Positions 23,689 to 36,300 of a DNA stretch of 64,000 nt are shown one piece after another. Source of the stretch: Heteronotia binoei (Eukaryota). The stretch's first letter is position 1, and the number at the start of each line of letters is the position of its first letter. The position numbers were made by a program, and so were the translations under genes. Under the pieces are notes generated by a model, which saw nothing but the letters and a program-made list of their open reading frames with translations, was not told the origin of the DNA and did no database searches. The stretch lies in contig NC_083234.1 in the NCBI RefSeq assembly GCF_032191835.1, forward strand, positions 55,304,001 through 55,368,000. Reading direction: 5' to 3'.

Positions 23689-26619
23689 CCATAGCAGCCT
23701 TCTAATATCAAATGCTGAGCAGGTGTGCAGATTTAAAAGCTTGAAAGCTTGCACAATATTTTGTGCTGTTTTGCTTGGTCCTAATAAAAGGCATTGCCTA
23801 GACTGTGCTCTTGTTTGGGGGTTTTGCTTTTGGACCAACATGCCTGTAAGCAACTTTTTCAAACCACAGTTAGCAGCTGTTGGAGTTGACAAATGTCCAT
23901 GAAAGCTCACACCCTTTCAATAAAACTAATTCAGTTAGTCATAAGACATTAGTGCTCATGGGGGTTTTTTTAATTGTCAACATACAATTATACAATAAAC
24001 TACCTACATTAGCAAAAACCAAAATCTTGAAACAGCTCATAAGCAGGACTGGAGGGAGAGGCTCCAGCCAGAGATAGTTAAGAGATTGTTTGGAGGCCTG
24101 TTTCTATCAAAGCTATAGGGTCATTTATTCACCCCAGACCTTATTTAGAAAAGATAGCTTTTATCTTGTTGATAGAAAGCAGCAAAGCCCTTCATTATCT
24201 TCATTCATTGCCAAAGAATCTGCCTTTTGTTCCTGGCAAGGGTCAGAGACGTTTTATTGTTGTGGAAGATATAGAAACTCAAGAGATGCAGCTTCACCCA
24301 CCCCCTGGAACAATGGAATCTCCAATATACAAACCATGGGTGAAAGTAAGCCAGTATGGGCTAGTGCAGAGAGTGGCATCTCCCATCTTCTGCTCTGAAC
24401 ATCCCAAGAGAGACAGCACATGGGTCCATCTAGCTCAGTACTGTAGCCTCTGACTGGCAGCAGAGCCCCAAGAAAGCCCTGGAGATAACAGGGATCAAGC
24501 CTGGTGCTTTCCTCAAGCTGAGCAGATGCTTTCCCACTAAGCCTCAGCCCCTTCCCTGATGTGTTCCCTCCCATGAAGGGTTGCCAACCTCCAAGTGGGG
24601 CCTAGAGTTCTAGAATTACAACTAATCTCCAAACCACAAGTTCCCCTGGAGAACATGACTGCTTTGGAGGATGGACTCTATAGCTGAAGTTCCTCCTCAG
24701 ACTCTGCGCCCCTCCAGGCTCCACCCCCAAATCTCCAGGAATTTCCCAATGTGCTATGATCCTGTGGGCTTCAGCCAATCCCTCACTCTGTAAGGGGCCA
24801 CAGGAGTATCTGTTTTTATAGTCATAAAAAGGGGCTTCACATGGAAAAAATGGCTGAAAAGGGGGGGGGGGGGGCTTCACATGGAGAAAATGGCTGAAAG
24901 ACTGTAAAATATTAGGGAGACAAGAATACAGAGTCTCCTCTTGCCCAAAGGCAATTCTTGGAATTTCCCCTGTGGAAGTTCCCAAACAATGGAACCATGG
25001 CACAGACTGCTGGTTTATTCCTTCATAGAGGAGACCAGGGAAGCCTTCTCAAGAGCTTCCAAACTGTTTTCTCTCCTCTCCACCCCCATCATCCAGCACT
25101 TATCCAGCAGGGCGGCTTCATGCAAACGTTCAACAGGGCAATGCAGGCTCCCTAAGACAGATCAGACCATAGAGGAATATCATACCATCAGACAAAAAAT
25201 AAGCTTATACTGGCAATGCTCATGGTTTCCTGCAGTGGATTCCTCTACTGCCCAGTCTCTGAATGCCTGATTCCACTGCTGTATGTATTCGTTTACAACA
25301 AATGCTGAAGGGCAGCCGCAATTGCAGATTTTTTTTTTTGCTTTGTTTATACCCCCACTTTTTTGCTAATGAAGAACTAAAGGGGCTTACAACATTCTCC
25401 CCTTCTTGATTTTATCCTCACAACAATCCTTTGGGGCAGGTTAGGCACCCACACACACTTTCCTTAACATCAATGCATAATACCCCTCTGCGGCTACTTT
25501 TTGGAGCCCAAAGTTACCGGTACTTCTGCAGTTCCAAGCACAGAATGTCAGGGTCACCACTGATTTGGCTTTTCATTGAAATCAAGACAGACAGGCACTG
25601 CTCTCTGACCTCCTGGGGGTGGGGGGTGGGGGTAAAAATGCCAGAAGAAAATATGCTTCCTCTTGTAGTTTATATCTTGAAAGGCAAGGCTTAAGTGGAA
25701 TTGTGCAAGAATTTTCCTCCCTGCAGGAGCTGTTCCATAATCCCCCTTTGGAAACAATCACCACCACCACCACCACCACCACCCCCGGCCCAGAGAATTC
25801 CAATAGCTTTATTCAGTCCTGCCAAAATAACTTTTATGTAAGAACTGAGCATGTAAAAAAAACTGTTTTGCTTTTTGTGTCTCTCCCCCAAGGGCAAAGG
25901 GGGCGCATTCCATCACTCCAGCTGCAGCCTACTCCTCCCCCCCCCCCAAGATGGCGGTGGAAAGCACGGATTGCTGAAGCCCAAGAGAAGAAACAGTCAT
26001 GAAAACAGAAGATCTTTACCTTAACAAAAAAGGGGGGGGGGATTTTCCTAGGTGCATCTCTCCTGACTCTGCAGCAGGCCAAGGGAAAAGCTGCAAGAGT
26101 AAACATTCAACACTTTTGAGATGCTGGAGCAAGCTGCATAGCCAGTGGCAAATTTCATTTTAAATGGGAAGAGAGGCGCAGAATTTCCTAGTTCTTCCTG
26201 AGCCTTTTCACTCGCAAAATGTACTGGCTTTTATGTATTTATATCCCACATTGGGACCTACAGCAGCTTACAACATCATTCTCCACTTCTCTCATTACTC
26301 TAGAAAGACAAATCAAAGTATAGTGCAAGTTTGTAATATTTATAACAAGACAAATACAAAAATTATAATTATAAAATTATGAGTAGCTAGGAAATACCCA
26401 TTTAAAAAACAATTTCTTTTTCAGAAATCCTTGATGGGTAGCTGCTGGGTGGAATGGAAGAGGACACTAGCAGAGGATCCTTCATAGACATCCGAAAGAG
26501 ACATTTCAGCTAACTCTAGTTAGCACTGCACAGGAAAAGGCAATTCTGAGCATCTCATATCTCAAAAACTCTTATGATGCAACAAGCCAAAACAAAAGAA
26601 GATACAGTGCTGGAAGACA

Positions 26620-27500
26620 GGAACCCCAGGTTGGAAGGCACTCAATAAGCTACTGGGAAAGAGGACACGTACAAACAGCATTGTTCTTAATGGTGCAATC
26701 ACATTAAAGCCTTTCCTTTCCACTGCTGATATGAATAGAGGCAAAAAGGAAGTTCTGACCTGTAAAACACATAGAACATGGACTTCAATAAAGCTATTTC
26801 AAGCAACAGACACTAAGGCCATCAAACTCCTAACATGAATATGTCAACAAATATGGAAAACAGAACAATGACCCACAGACTGGGAACATTAAATTCATAG
26901 TGCAATTCCAAAAAAAAGAAATCAAAACTTTTGACTATGTGAGTCATGAAAAGCTATGGTTGGTTTTGTTGTTGTTGTTTTAAAAAAAAATGGGTATCCC
27001 ACAACATCTGATTGTTTTGATCTGCAATTTATGCAACCTATACTCTGGAACAGAGGCCACTCTTAGGACAGAATATGGAAAAACTGAATGGTTTTTAATT
27101 AGCAAAGATGTTAGACAAGGATGTATTTTATCTCCCTATCTCTTTAATCTACATGCAGAACATACTAGAAGGAAAACGGGATTCGATTTTGGTGAAGGTG
27201 AAATAAAAAATGGTGGAAGGGACCTTAACCAGTTGAGATATGTCACATTACTGGCTGAAAACAGTGAAGACTTAAAACAACTACTGCTGAAGGTTAAAGC
27301 AGAAAGTACTGAAGCAGGTTAACAGCTGAACATCAACAAGACTAAAAGTAATGGCTACTTGGGAATTATACAAATTTAAGGCTGATGATGAAACAATTGA
27401 AATTATTACGAGATTTTCTATTCCTTGGCTCCATCATCAATCAAAAGGGAGACTGCAACAAAGAAATCAGAAGGCGATTTAGACTGGAAAAGGCAGCCAT
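26620..27500 (+). mobile_element. Degraded BovB/RTE reverse transcriptase fragment
   Basis: GIPQHLIVLI...VRQGCILSPYLFNLHAE...LAENSEDLKQLLLKVKAES; boundaries approximate. Confidence 0.8.
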
Positions 27501-28940
27501 GAGGAGCTATAGTCATTCAGTAACCAACTGGATCAGATATTAGCAAGGTAAAATCAGAACTGACTGTGTCATCAGTTCAACCCAAACAGCCAAGTGCTAT
27601 TTTAAAACTTTGCATTTTTAAAACTTTGACAGGAAGCAGCCTGATATAAATCCTCCTGAGGGGTGGAATTCCATAAGTTAGAGAGGCACTGAAGGGATGG
27701 CAGACAGGCCTTCCTGGCTGGCCAGCAATTGGGTTTGTACTAGGGGTGTTGAGTTACCCCAGTCCAAAATCATTTCAGGATTTATAGGTGACAGCTAGTA
27801 CTTTGAATTGGGCCCAGGAACAAACTGGAATCAAGTGAAGTTGAATTCCATCAGGCATAAATTGTCCACAGCAGTGAACATAAAATGGATTGCTACATTT
27901 TTGATCTGTTTCTAAGATCTTTCCAATGCCAGCTGTATGCAGCACCATTACAACAGCCCAGTTCAAGGTCAACCAAGGCAGATGTTACATGCTGCACATT
28001 AGATTGATGTAAAAGGTAATGGCAGTTATGCTCCTTCCAACATTGTAACTGAAATTCAACAGATGCAGCTTTACCTAGCTGCAAAATGCAACAGTGAATG
28101 TCATACCTACAGGAAAGTCTGTATATCACACTAAAATTAAAAGGAAAGGAAAGGGAAATGGCCATCTTCTTCCTGGAGGGGGATTTATTTCCTGACGGAA
28201 TGTGCTCAGCACATCATGGACACACAAGAAAAAGAGAGCAGTACAAGGAGCGATAACACGGACTCCGCCTGGTAAACAACATCTGCAAACAGTATGAGCA
28301 GGACTGACAAAACAGCCTTTGCTAACCCCACAGAGGGGCTTGGCACAGTCTTGTTAGTGCTGTCCAGAAACAGCCTTCTCAGCAAAAGCCTGAGCATCCC
28401 GGAACATTCCAGCCCAGGGCAAACAATTGGGGAGCACCTGATGCTGTGGCATTGTTCAAACTGTAAGCAGATGAGCAGCCCATCTCAGGCCTGGAGAGAG
28501 GCCACGGTACCCTTTTCCCAGCACCAAAATCCCTACACTGAACATGCACCTTAACACAGGGGTAAGGAAAAGAGAGGTTATGATCCACCAGCAAACCCCA
28601 CTTTCTGGACTCAGCTGGTTGTTGGGATTTTTATACCGAAAGCTGCTCTTAGAGAGCTTGGGGTCCAACCCGAGAACATGATTATGTTTTTAAACAGCTA
28701 GATTCAACTCCAATAGCACCTTTAGAGACCAACAAGGTTTTTGCAGTATAAGCTTTTGAGAATCAAAGCTCTCTTCATCAGATATCCCCTGGAGCTTTGA
28801 CTCTGGGAACCTCTACAATGGCCTCGGTCTGGACTTGAATCTAGCTGTTCTTCTGCAAACCAAACCTCTGAAATTATATTCTAAAACAAATACTTGGGAA
28901 TTGGTTTACCTAAATTAGTTAGGCCTAGTGATGCAGCAAT

Positions 28941-29237
28941 AGGAGCCCCATGGCGCAGAGTGGTAAGCTGCAGTACCGCAGTCCAAGCTCTGCTCATGAC
29001 CTGAGTTCAATCCCGGTGAAAGCTGGGTGCAGGTAACTGGCTCAAGGCTGACTCAGCCTTCCATCCTTTCGAGGTCGGTAAAATGAGTACCCAGCTTGCT
29101 GGGGGGAAGTGTAGATGACTGGGGAAGGCAATGGCAAACCACCCCATAAAAAAAAGTCTGCCATGGAAATGTCATGATGTGATGTCACCCCAGAGTAGGA
29201 AACAACTGGTGCTTGCGTGGGGGAATACCTTTACCTT
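28941..29237 (+). mobile_element. Full-length Sauria SINE
   Basis: tRNA-like head, ggcaatggcaaacc core, (ACCTTT)n tail and a perfect 15-bp TSD tagtgatgcagcaat (28926-28940, 29238-29252). Confidence 0.92.
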
Positions 29238-29525
29238 TAGTGATGCAGCAATCCTTGCAAATGGATGTGCAAGGGTAGCTAACCTCCAGGCCGTGACTGG
29301 AGATCTTCTGGGATTACAGCTGGTCTCTAGGCAATAGAGATCAGTTCACCTGGAGAAAATGGCCACTTTGGAAGTTGGTTCTATGGCATTATACTCCATT
29401 GAAGTCTTTCTCCTCCTCTCCCCTCCTCAAGAGAGGGAGGGCAGGAAGGGTTGCATCAGTGTAGGGTTGCCAAGTCCAATTCAAGAAATATCTGGGGACT
29501 TTGGGGGTGGAGCCAGGAGACATTG

Positions 29526-30793
29526 ACTTGACTTCCAGAAAGCTTTTGATAAAGTTCCTCATCAAAGGCTACTTAGAAAGCTTGAGAATCATGGAGTAAA
29601 AGGACAGGTCCTCTTGTGGACCAAAAACTGGCTGAGTAATAGGAAGCAGAGAGTGAGTATAAATGGGCAGTCTTCGCAGTGGAGGACGGTAAGCAGTGGG
29701 GTGCCGCAGGGCTCGGTACTGGGTCCCATGCTTTTTAACTTGTTCATAAATGATTTAGAGTTCGGAGTGAGCAGTGAAGTGGCCAAGTTTGCGGATGACA
29801 CTAAATTGTTCAGGGTGGTGAGAACCAGAGAGGATTGTGAGGAACTCCAAAGGGATCTGTTGAGGCTGGGTGAGTGGGCGTCAACGTGGCAGATGCGGTT
29901 CAATGTGGCCAAGTGCAAAGTAATGCACATTGGGGCTAAGAATCCCAGCTACAAATACAAGTTGATGGGGTGTGAACTGGCAGAGACTGATCAAGAGAGA
30001 TCTTGGGGTCATGATAGATAACTCACTGAAAGTGTCAAGACAGTGTGCGTTTGCAATAAAAAAGGCCAATGCCATGCTGGGAATTATTAGGAAGGGAATT
30101 GAAAACAAATCAGCCAGTATCATAATGCCCCTGTATAAATCGATGGTGCGGTCTCATTTGGAGTACTGTGTGCAGTTCTGGTCGCCGCACCTCAAAAAGG
30201 ATATTATAGCTTTAGAGAAGGTGCAGAGAAGGGCAACTAGAATGATTAAAGGGCTGGAGCACTTTCCCTATGAAGAAAGGTTGAAACGCTTGGGACTCTT
30301 TAGCTTGGAGAAACGTCGACTGCGGGGTGACATGATAGAGGTTTACAAGATAATGCATGGAATGGAGAAAGTAGAGAAAGAAGTACTTTTCTCCCTTTCT
30401 CACAATACAAGAACTCGTGGGCATTCGATGAAATTGCTGAGTAGACAGGTTAAGACGGATAAAAGGAAGTACTTCTTCACCCAAAGGGTGATTAACATGT
30501 GGAATTCACTGCCACAGGAGGTGGTGGCGGCCACAAGTATAGCCACCTTCAAGAGGGGTTTAGATAAAAATATGGAGCACAGGTCCATCAGTGGCTATTA
30601 GCCACAGTGTATGGAGCACAGGTCCATCAGTGGCTATTAGCCACAGTGTATGGAGCACAGGTCCATCAGTGGCTATTAGCCACAGTGTATGTGTGTATAT
30701 AACATTTTTTGCCACTGTGTGACACAGAGTGTTGGACTTGATGGGCCGTTGGCCTGATCCAACATGGCTTCTCTTATGTTCTTATGTTCTTAT
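29526..30793 (+). mobile_element. Young 5'-truncated CR1 LINE (RT and C-terminus of ORF2)
   Basis: DFQKAFDKVPH...GVPQGSVLGPMLF...KFADDTKL; one frameshift near 30000; (TTCTTATG)n tail; TSD GACATTG at 29519-29525 and 30794-30800. Confidence 0.95.
30571..30687 (+). repeat. Three perfect 39-bp tandem copies across the CR1 ORF2 stop codon
   Basis: tatggagcacaggtccatcagtggctattagccacagtg begins at 30571, 30610 and 30649. Confidence 0.95.
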
Positions 30794-31555
30794 GACATTG
30801 GGGGCGGAGCCAGGAGCACGGGTGTGACAAGCAGAATTGAACTCCAAGGGAGTTCTGGCCATCACATTTAAAGGGACAGCACACCTTTTAAAATGCCTTC
30901 CTTCCATAGAAAATAATGAAGGATAGGGGCACCTTCTTTTGGGGCTCGTAGAATTGGACCCCCTGGTCCAATACTTTTAAAACTTGGGGGGCTTTTGGGG
31001 AAGAGGCACTAGATGCTATACTGAAAATTTGGCACCTCTACCTCAAAAAACAGTCCCCCCAGAGCCCCCAATACCCTTGGATCAATTCCCCATCATTCCT
31101 TATGGGAATTGTTCATGGAGGTGCATAGTGGCTGTGGGGGCGGGGCTTCCCCTGCCGGCCAGCTGGCTGGGGGAGGGGGGAAGCCTGTAAAACCGGGGGA
31201 TCTCCCGCTGGGACCTGGGGATTGGGAAGCCTACATCAGTGCTTCATTCTAATGGCCCTTTCTTACGTGCCCAGGGGAATGCTGACCACCACTTGGGGGC
31301 CAGGCAGCAATTTTTCTCCAGGCCAGTTTGGCTAGGGATCCTGGAGGGGTTTTTTGCCATCTTCTAGGCATGTAGTTTTTTGCCATCTTCTAGGGGTCAG
31401 TGGGGTATGAGGGAAGGTATTTGTGAATTTTCTGTGTTGTGCAGGGGTTGGACTAGATGACCCTTCCAACTCTTATGATTCTATGAAACTCCAGCCTCCT
31501 ATGTCTGCACTCCCAAAATCTACAGGTATTTCCCAACCTGGAGCTGGCAACCCTA

Positions 31556-31925
31556 GAATGTGCTTGTAGTCAATATCAAAACCTTGACCTTGACTTGGTG
31601 CTCCACTGGAAGCCAATGTAGTTGGCACAGCGCAGGTTGTATATGTGTCATCTGTGGCGTCAGGACTTGCACTACCACATTCTGGACCAGTTGAAGCTTC
31701 CAAGTCAGTCTCAAGGGTAGGCCAGCATAGAGTGAGTTATAGTAGTCTAGCCTGGAGGTGACTGTTGCATGAATTACTGGGGCCAATTGCCAGGCTTGAC
31801 ACAGATGAAAAAATGTCAGCCTGGCAATATGCATGACTTGGGCCTCCATATTCAAGGAGAGATCCAAGATCACTCCCAAACTCTTAACAGACTGTGCCGG
31901 TGTCAGTGGCACCCCATCAAGAACA
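31556..31925 (-). mobile_element. L2 LINE ORF2 fragment
   Basis: VKSLGVILD...SRLDYYNSLYAGLP...KLQLVQN...LHWLPVEHQVKVKVL. Confidence 0.85.
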
Positions 31926-33193
31926 AGCAAGATTATACAATGATTTTATTGTACTTGTATTGTACAATATACTATGTGTATATTGTATTTTATTTATTGT
32001 TGTACATCACCTAGAGCTCTGTGAACTCAGGGATTGGGCAATCCATACATTTAATTTATAAATAAATAGATTGCATCTGCACAGTTGGCTGCATACGTTA
32101 TCCCTGAAGCAGCCAGGAGGGAGCTGTTCTTGAATTAAGAATTGACTGGATTTCTGCCTTTAATGAGAACTGACGACTGAAGCTCGATTTTCCCCCAACA
32201 CTCTTGACTCAGGAAGGCCACAGAAACTACAGTTCTCACCAGTAACAGCCAGAAGTCATGCTGGGGTAGATTGGGGGAAGGTTAATTGGTAAGAAAAAGA
32301 CAAGCCCCAGTGAGCGCCTAGGCTTGGGTGAAAGAAATTCATTCTCCAAGGTCGTTTACTCCATTCTTTTGGAAAGGCGTGACTGGCAGGGAGAGAGGGG
32401 GTGGCTGCCTGTGAGTGCCCACACATTGGCGAAGATGCTTTCAAAAATGAGAAGTTTCAAGTCAAGCACAGTTTTTGCAGTACCATTTCAAAAAAGAGAA
32501 CAGAAGATGGTACACAATAAAGAATCCCAGATTTGTGCAATGGAGAAATGAAATCAAAGCAGGAATTTTTAGGTTGCAACAGCAGGAATGAGCTTGGCAT
32601 ATCAAAGGCACAGCACTACAAGCTATTTCGCCTGCCCTTTGAAGTTTGAGTCATGGGCAAGATAACTATCTTGTGGTCAGAGAGCTCAAATCAGCTATTT
32701 GAATTCTGAAAGCTGCCTTATACTGAATCAGACTATTGGCCCATCAAGGTCACTACTGTCTACTCAGACAGGCAGCGTCTCTCCAGGGTCTCAAGCAGAA
32801 GTCTTTTCCAACACCTGCTACCTGGTCCTTCTAACTGGAGATGCCGGGGACTAAAACTGAGACCTTCTGCATGCCAAGCAGATGCTCTGCCACTGAGCCG
32901 CAGCCCCTCCCTAGTCCTTGCTGGGGTTAGCATTAAATAGAGTTGCATCGTGCCTGCTCTGTAGAAACTGAATTGTTTGCTCTAAACAAACCACTTTGCA
33001 AGACTACAGCTTCTTTTAGGGGGAGAGGAGGTGGGGCAGCTTTTGCCGAAAGTCAGCTGGACAGTTCAGATATCTTTTCTGAGACATCCTCATCTCAGGA
33101 TAGATAAGCAGGCTGGAAGACCTGGATTTTAAATGTTCCGTTTCAAGCAGGAGAAAATGAACTGCAAAAGCATTTGCATTTCATAAAGCAGCT

Positions 33194-33208
33194 TTTATTG
33201 TATTTATT
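33194..33208 (-). terminator. Polyadenylation signals (AATAAA x2) of C8G
   Basis: tttatt on plus at 33194-33199 and 33203-33208, about 190 nt after the TGA at 33394. Confidence 0.6.
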
Positions 33209-33393
33209 TAATCATATGCCAAGACTGGGGAAACAAGGGACAGAAAGTTCAAGGATAAGGGACAGGGAATTTCCAAAAAGACGACAGGTCAGGTACAGAC
33301 AAAGCATTGTACTCAATGGGACAAGGTCAGAACAGACACAGGTTGGCTCCCTCCAATGCAGCCCTCTGCATCAGCTCCTTAGCTTCATATACT

Positions 33394-36300
33394 TCATGAT
33401 TCATCAAGGAGATCAGTCTCTGGAAAGGAAAAAGAAGATACTGGAAAGGGGGAAAAGGCTCCACCTCCTCAGGGCCAGTGGCTTAGCTCAACTAATCAAG
33501 ACCCAGGCTTCAGATTCAAGCCCAGGACAGCCAGAGATGTTGAAGTTACCAGCCACCAGGTAATTTCATTGCCCATTTGGTATCAAGTGTTTTGTTGAAT
33601 CAACCAAGTATTTGGGGAGGGCAGTAGGAAAAACACTAACATACATCCTGATCCACTCAGCTGCATCTCCTCCAGTCAACCCAAAACTGCCAGACCCAGA
33701 CCCAAATCCCTACGCACCGCCTTCTTGTCACTCTGACCACCGGACTCTACTCCTGGACCAATCAAAAATGTCCCTGCCTCTATCCATCAGCAACCCCCCA
33801 GGCTCCGCGCATAGCCAGGTATTTTCTAAAAATTTAGCATTCAGGTTAAGGAGTATTAAGGATGGACTCATATGATGGAACTGTAACCTTTCCTGGAATA
33901 ATAATTTCTCCATATCAAAACTGCATGTGCTTTGAACTTCTTATTGAATTCTTATTGACCATAATTCCACATCAGAATAGCTCCAGTTCTACACCAGGAA
34001 GATCTTAAGCCTGCAACTTGCATATATTAAGCCTATTATTTGCATACACTAGCCCATACAACAGTATTTTATCCTGATTCCAATAGCCACATAGGAGGTA
34101 GGGTATGCATTGGGTATCCTTTGTAGCCTCTCCTTTAAAAAGACCTGAGATTTCACCATGTGTTGCCTGTACTCTTGCAGAAGAGCCATATGAACTAGAA
34201 ACTTGGTCTAAAAATGGAACTGAGAATCTCTCTGTGATGAAACCTTCATATAATGCCAATTGCCATGCAGAATACATAACCGAGGGGGTAGAGAATCAAG
34301 ATGTCCTGCTTACCATCTAGGGTGCGAAACCGAAAAGCTGACTGACAGAACCCTGCAGATAAGAAACAAATGAACTCATTAGTTATCATTTCACCTGCTC
34401 AGATGAAAGCAACATGATTGGGAACTCTGCCCCACCCACCCCCAGCAGTGAGCAGCCCCAAACAACAACAGAGGTACAGCAGTGAAGATTACTTTTCTTT
34501 CTCCGCAAACTATTCCGAGCATATTGGAAAAGAAGCCCAAGACTGTTTTGTGTGTGTGTAAATAAGCAAAATCCATTTTCCCAGGGCTTTTTTTGTAGAA
34601 AATGTCCAGCAGGAATTCATTTCCATAGTAGACCACACCCCCTGACATTGCTACTGATTCACACAGGGCTTTTTTGTAGAAAAAACCCAGCAGGAACTCA
34701 TTTGCATATTAGGCCACACACCCTGATGCCAAGTCACCAGAACTGCGTTTCTGTGTGTTCCTGCTCAAAAAAACCCCGCATTTTCCTATCTTAACCCTCT
34801 CCCTTTGGCATTAGAAATATTCACAGATGCAGCAGCTGTTTCCCCAAGAAGATAAAAGCTGTCACTGAATTTCCATCAGGAGAAACTCAGAAATGACTAG
34901 GGAATACTCAGAGAGAGTATTCCCTAGTCCTCAACACCTGGCTGACAATTGCCATCAGGAAGAGGGGAAACAGTCAAGGATGAAAATATGTAGGAACATC
35001 TGCCTTATACTGAATCAGACAATTGGTCCACCTAAGTCGCTATTGGCAACAGCTCTCCAGGGTTCAGGCACAGAAAGGCCATTCGATACAGGCTTAAGTT
35101 AACTTTATCTGGAGATGCCTAATCACATAATTCTGAAGACTTAGGCGCACCTGTCTTTGGAAGAGGGAGGCAAAGTTTTCTGTCAGCCTCCCACCCCCAC
35201 CCACCCCGGGAGACCCCACTTTGCCCCCTATGCTGTTCTTGAACATCAGGAAAAAATTCAGGGTAGTCAATCGGCTCCATCAGGAGGGAGAACAAGGAAA
35301 GTTCTGTTCTGTAAAGTCTGCAGACCTGGTAGCTTCTGCCAGGGCTTTCTTCTTTTTTTTGTAGCAGGAACTTCTTTGCATATTAGGCCACACACCCCTT
35401 ATGTAGCCAATCCTCCAAGAGCTTACAGTAAGCCTTATAATAAGAGCCCTGTAAGCTCTTGGAGGATTAGCTAGATCTAGGGCTGCCAAGCCCCTGGCCT
35501 GGGTGGGGGTTCTCCCGTCCTGGAGGTTCCCAACCCACCAGCCCACATATTGGGCCAGTGGGGGGAACCTCTCCCGATGTTGCCAGTGTGATGACATCAC
35601 CCAGAAGTGACATCATTGCATCGCCAAGGTCGTGCCAGATGCTCTAGGTGTTTCCAAGAAAACTCAATAGGCACTATAGAGTTTTCCCTCTCCGATTGCT
35701 AGAGCATTCAGGAACCATAGAGTTTTCCCGGATACGCCTAGAGCGGCTGGCACGTGATGTAGCTGGCGTGACGACATTGCTTCCAGGTGATGTCATCATG
35801 CCTCGCGCGCAAGGCAAGTCCCTCGCCAGAGCCCACAGGGGACTTGGGAACCCTAGCTACATCAGGGTGTGTGGCCTAATAGGCACAAGAGTTCCTGCTA
35901 CAAAAAAAGCCCTGCCTTCTGCAAACAAAGCAGGTGCTCTAGCCAATCCATTAAAAGCTGCAGGCATGTTGTTTTTACTCTGGAGCATAGGAAGCTGCCT
36001 TGTCCTGTGTCAGTGCATCACATCTATCCAGCTCACTGTTTATCTGTTCTGACTGGAAGCAGCTCTCTGGGGTCTCAGGCAGAGAAAGGCCATTCCCAGC
36101 AACTGTGACCTGAGCTCCTTCAGCCAGAGATGCCGCTGCTTCTCCATGATGCACAGTACATGTTTCATCCCTGAGCTATGTGGCCTTACCTTTCAGATAA
36201 TTTCAGATCATAATAGGGGGAGGAGAGGGGGAAGTCAATAACTTACCATAACGATGCCAGTAATATACCTCATTCGGTCCCCTCAGCCCCAAATCACGCG

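Larger units (their letters stand above)
29462..31233. mobile_element. TAGGG/TAGGC-TIR hAT MITE (about 500 bp) interrupted by a CR1
   Basis: Perfect 8-bp TSD CATCAGTG at 29454-29461 and 31234-31241. Confidence 0.88.

Noticed and set aside
25758-25783. (CAC)n microsatellite and many G/C homopolymer runs
   Set aside because: Ordinary simple repeats with no evidence of function.
25947-25957. Perfect YY1-type motif CAAGATGGCGG between PTGDS and C8G
   Set aside because: A single short motif with no other support; could occur by chance or come from a repeat.
30571-30687. Repeat array superficially like CRISPR
   Set aside because: Contiguous copies with no spacers, inside a vertebrate LINE; no cas genes.
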